Assembly (NCBI RefSeq): GCF_964204645.1
Contig: NC_134032.1
Span: 15,922,275-15,986,274 of the forward strand
Reading direction: 5' to 3'
From: Tubulanus polymorphus
Taxonomy: Eukaryota > Animalia > Nemertea
Length of the DNA stretch: 64,000 nt
Part shown: positions 62,554 to 64,000 of the stretch, one piece after another
Layout: the number at the start of each line of letters is the position of its first letter
Position numbering within the stretch: position 1 is the stretch's first letter
Program-made: the position numbers and the translations under genes
Notes under the pieces: generated by a model
The model's input: only the letters and a program-made list of their open reading frames with translations
The model's database searches: none
What the model was told of the DNA's origin: nothing

Positions 62554-64000
62554 AGACCTTGTTACGGTCCGTTGTTTGAGGAATAACGGCTGGATACTAG
62601 CCTAGATTCTATATTATGTTTGGATGAGTTATTAATTTGAAAACCTCATATTTATTTCCCCAATTTCTGCTGAAAAATAAAATCTCCATTCTTTGTGCTA
62701 TAATTATTTATTTATTTATTTATAAATCACCTTTTATTGTCTCTATTGATGGTGGTACTCGTCGTATCCGTATTGTAGTTTTTGATAGGTTGATATTTTT
62801 GCGTAACTTTATTATATTCGTAGGCACAATATTTTTGTTATTTTATCAGTTATAATGGATCTTTGGGTTCGAATAAATACACATTCAATATAGGTACATA
62901 CTTGGATTTCATTTCTGGCTGGGTTTCATCAGAAGTGCGCGAATTTGTTGATTTTTGCAATAGGATGGATGAGGATGAAATTGTTCGTGGTCATCCTTAT
63001 GGACCCATTCCCTTTTCCTCTATGTATTTCATTCCTATAGCTCTTTATACTGAATCTACTTGTTTTGTTTTTAACATTCTCCGTTCATTTCGGCAACTTA
63101 TGAAAGAAAATCTGTGATAAACATTTATAAAATCTGATGTGCACTTTAAACAGATGAGTTTGATTTCATGTCCAAAACGAGAGACACGAAATTTGGACAT
63201 TTTGACTCGATGATTACCCTATACACTCGTTGCGTGTAATGTCAAATAGATTTGGTGCCCAGGCCAAAAAAATTGATACCTTGTTTCTCCGCTCTGCTGA
63301 GCTTAAACTCGACCCGGCCAGCCGCCTATCTACCCGTACATTACTTTTTTAAATCGTGATCAATTTTACCATAACAGACCCGGCCGCTATAGAAATGAAC
63401 TGTTTACAAATTTTATCATATTTTACAAAAATGACCCGGCCGCTGCGGAGAAACAAGCTATCATTTTTGTTTAGCCCCACACGAGTCTCATCAGAGATCA
63501 GAGATAGCTGAAACTTTCTCAGCCTCCATTAGTTATCACGTTCTCCATCTGAAGTTTTAGTCCCACCAACTATGTCTCTACAGTAGATGTCACCAGCAGG
63601 GTTTGGTGTAAAGGGGATTTTCAAATCGAAGAAATTGGTTTTGTCTGGCCGATAAAGGTCGAGCCAAAATACATGTGGAGCCGGTTGACATTAGGACTGC
63701 AGGACTCTCTACTCTAAAAGCCAGCAATGTGATGTAAAGCGCTTGTTATGCTCTTTATGGGAACGATTTTGCAGCTGTTAGATTTTGGTAAACTGTTTAG
63801 TCAGTGATCTGATCACCTCTCAGGCCCTTCCACTCCGTCTCGCTTGTTTAATTATCAGAGCCCGGTTTCACGAAAAAGTTTAAACCTAAAACGGTTAAGT
63901 TTGAATTGTTGTCCTCATTGAAAACATAAAGTTACCATTGGCAATTACACCAAAAATTAAACTTCTCAAAGTTTTAAAATAAAACTTTTTTGTGTAACTG

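Noticed and set aside
62637-63117. Two short ORFs downstream of the PRPP synthetase
   Set aside because: Non-ATG starts and no recognisable motif or exon context.

Overview
Intron-rich, AT-rich animal genomic DNA. It is most likely a spiralian or other marine invertebrate (inference from gene content and sequence style). I hand-spliced five protein-coding genes. (1) GCLC on the minus strand, 3' end outside the window. (2) A ~31-exon, ~4,400-aa plus-strand gene joining an expanded ZNF512/ZNF512B-type zinc-finger region in frame to a TFIIIC110/GTF3C2-type WD40 region; a single 6,528-nt exon (2,176 aa) is inserted before the last propeller segment. (3) IQCC on the minus strand. (4) A plus-strand C2H2 gene with alternative finger-coding terminal exons. 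(5) A plant-type (class II) PRPP synthetase. Introns hold many minisatellites that start at or contain splice sites, several MITE families, and Penelope-like remnants, one with an intact minimal hammerhead ribozyme. A 76-bp Pol III B-box-containing satellite with hairpin insertions lies just downstream of the TFIIIC gene. Most long ORFs in the supplied track are repeat artefacts. Homology calls are from recalled motifs, not database searches, and exon coordinates may be off by a few nt.
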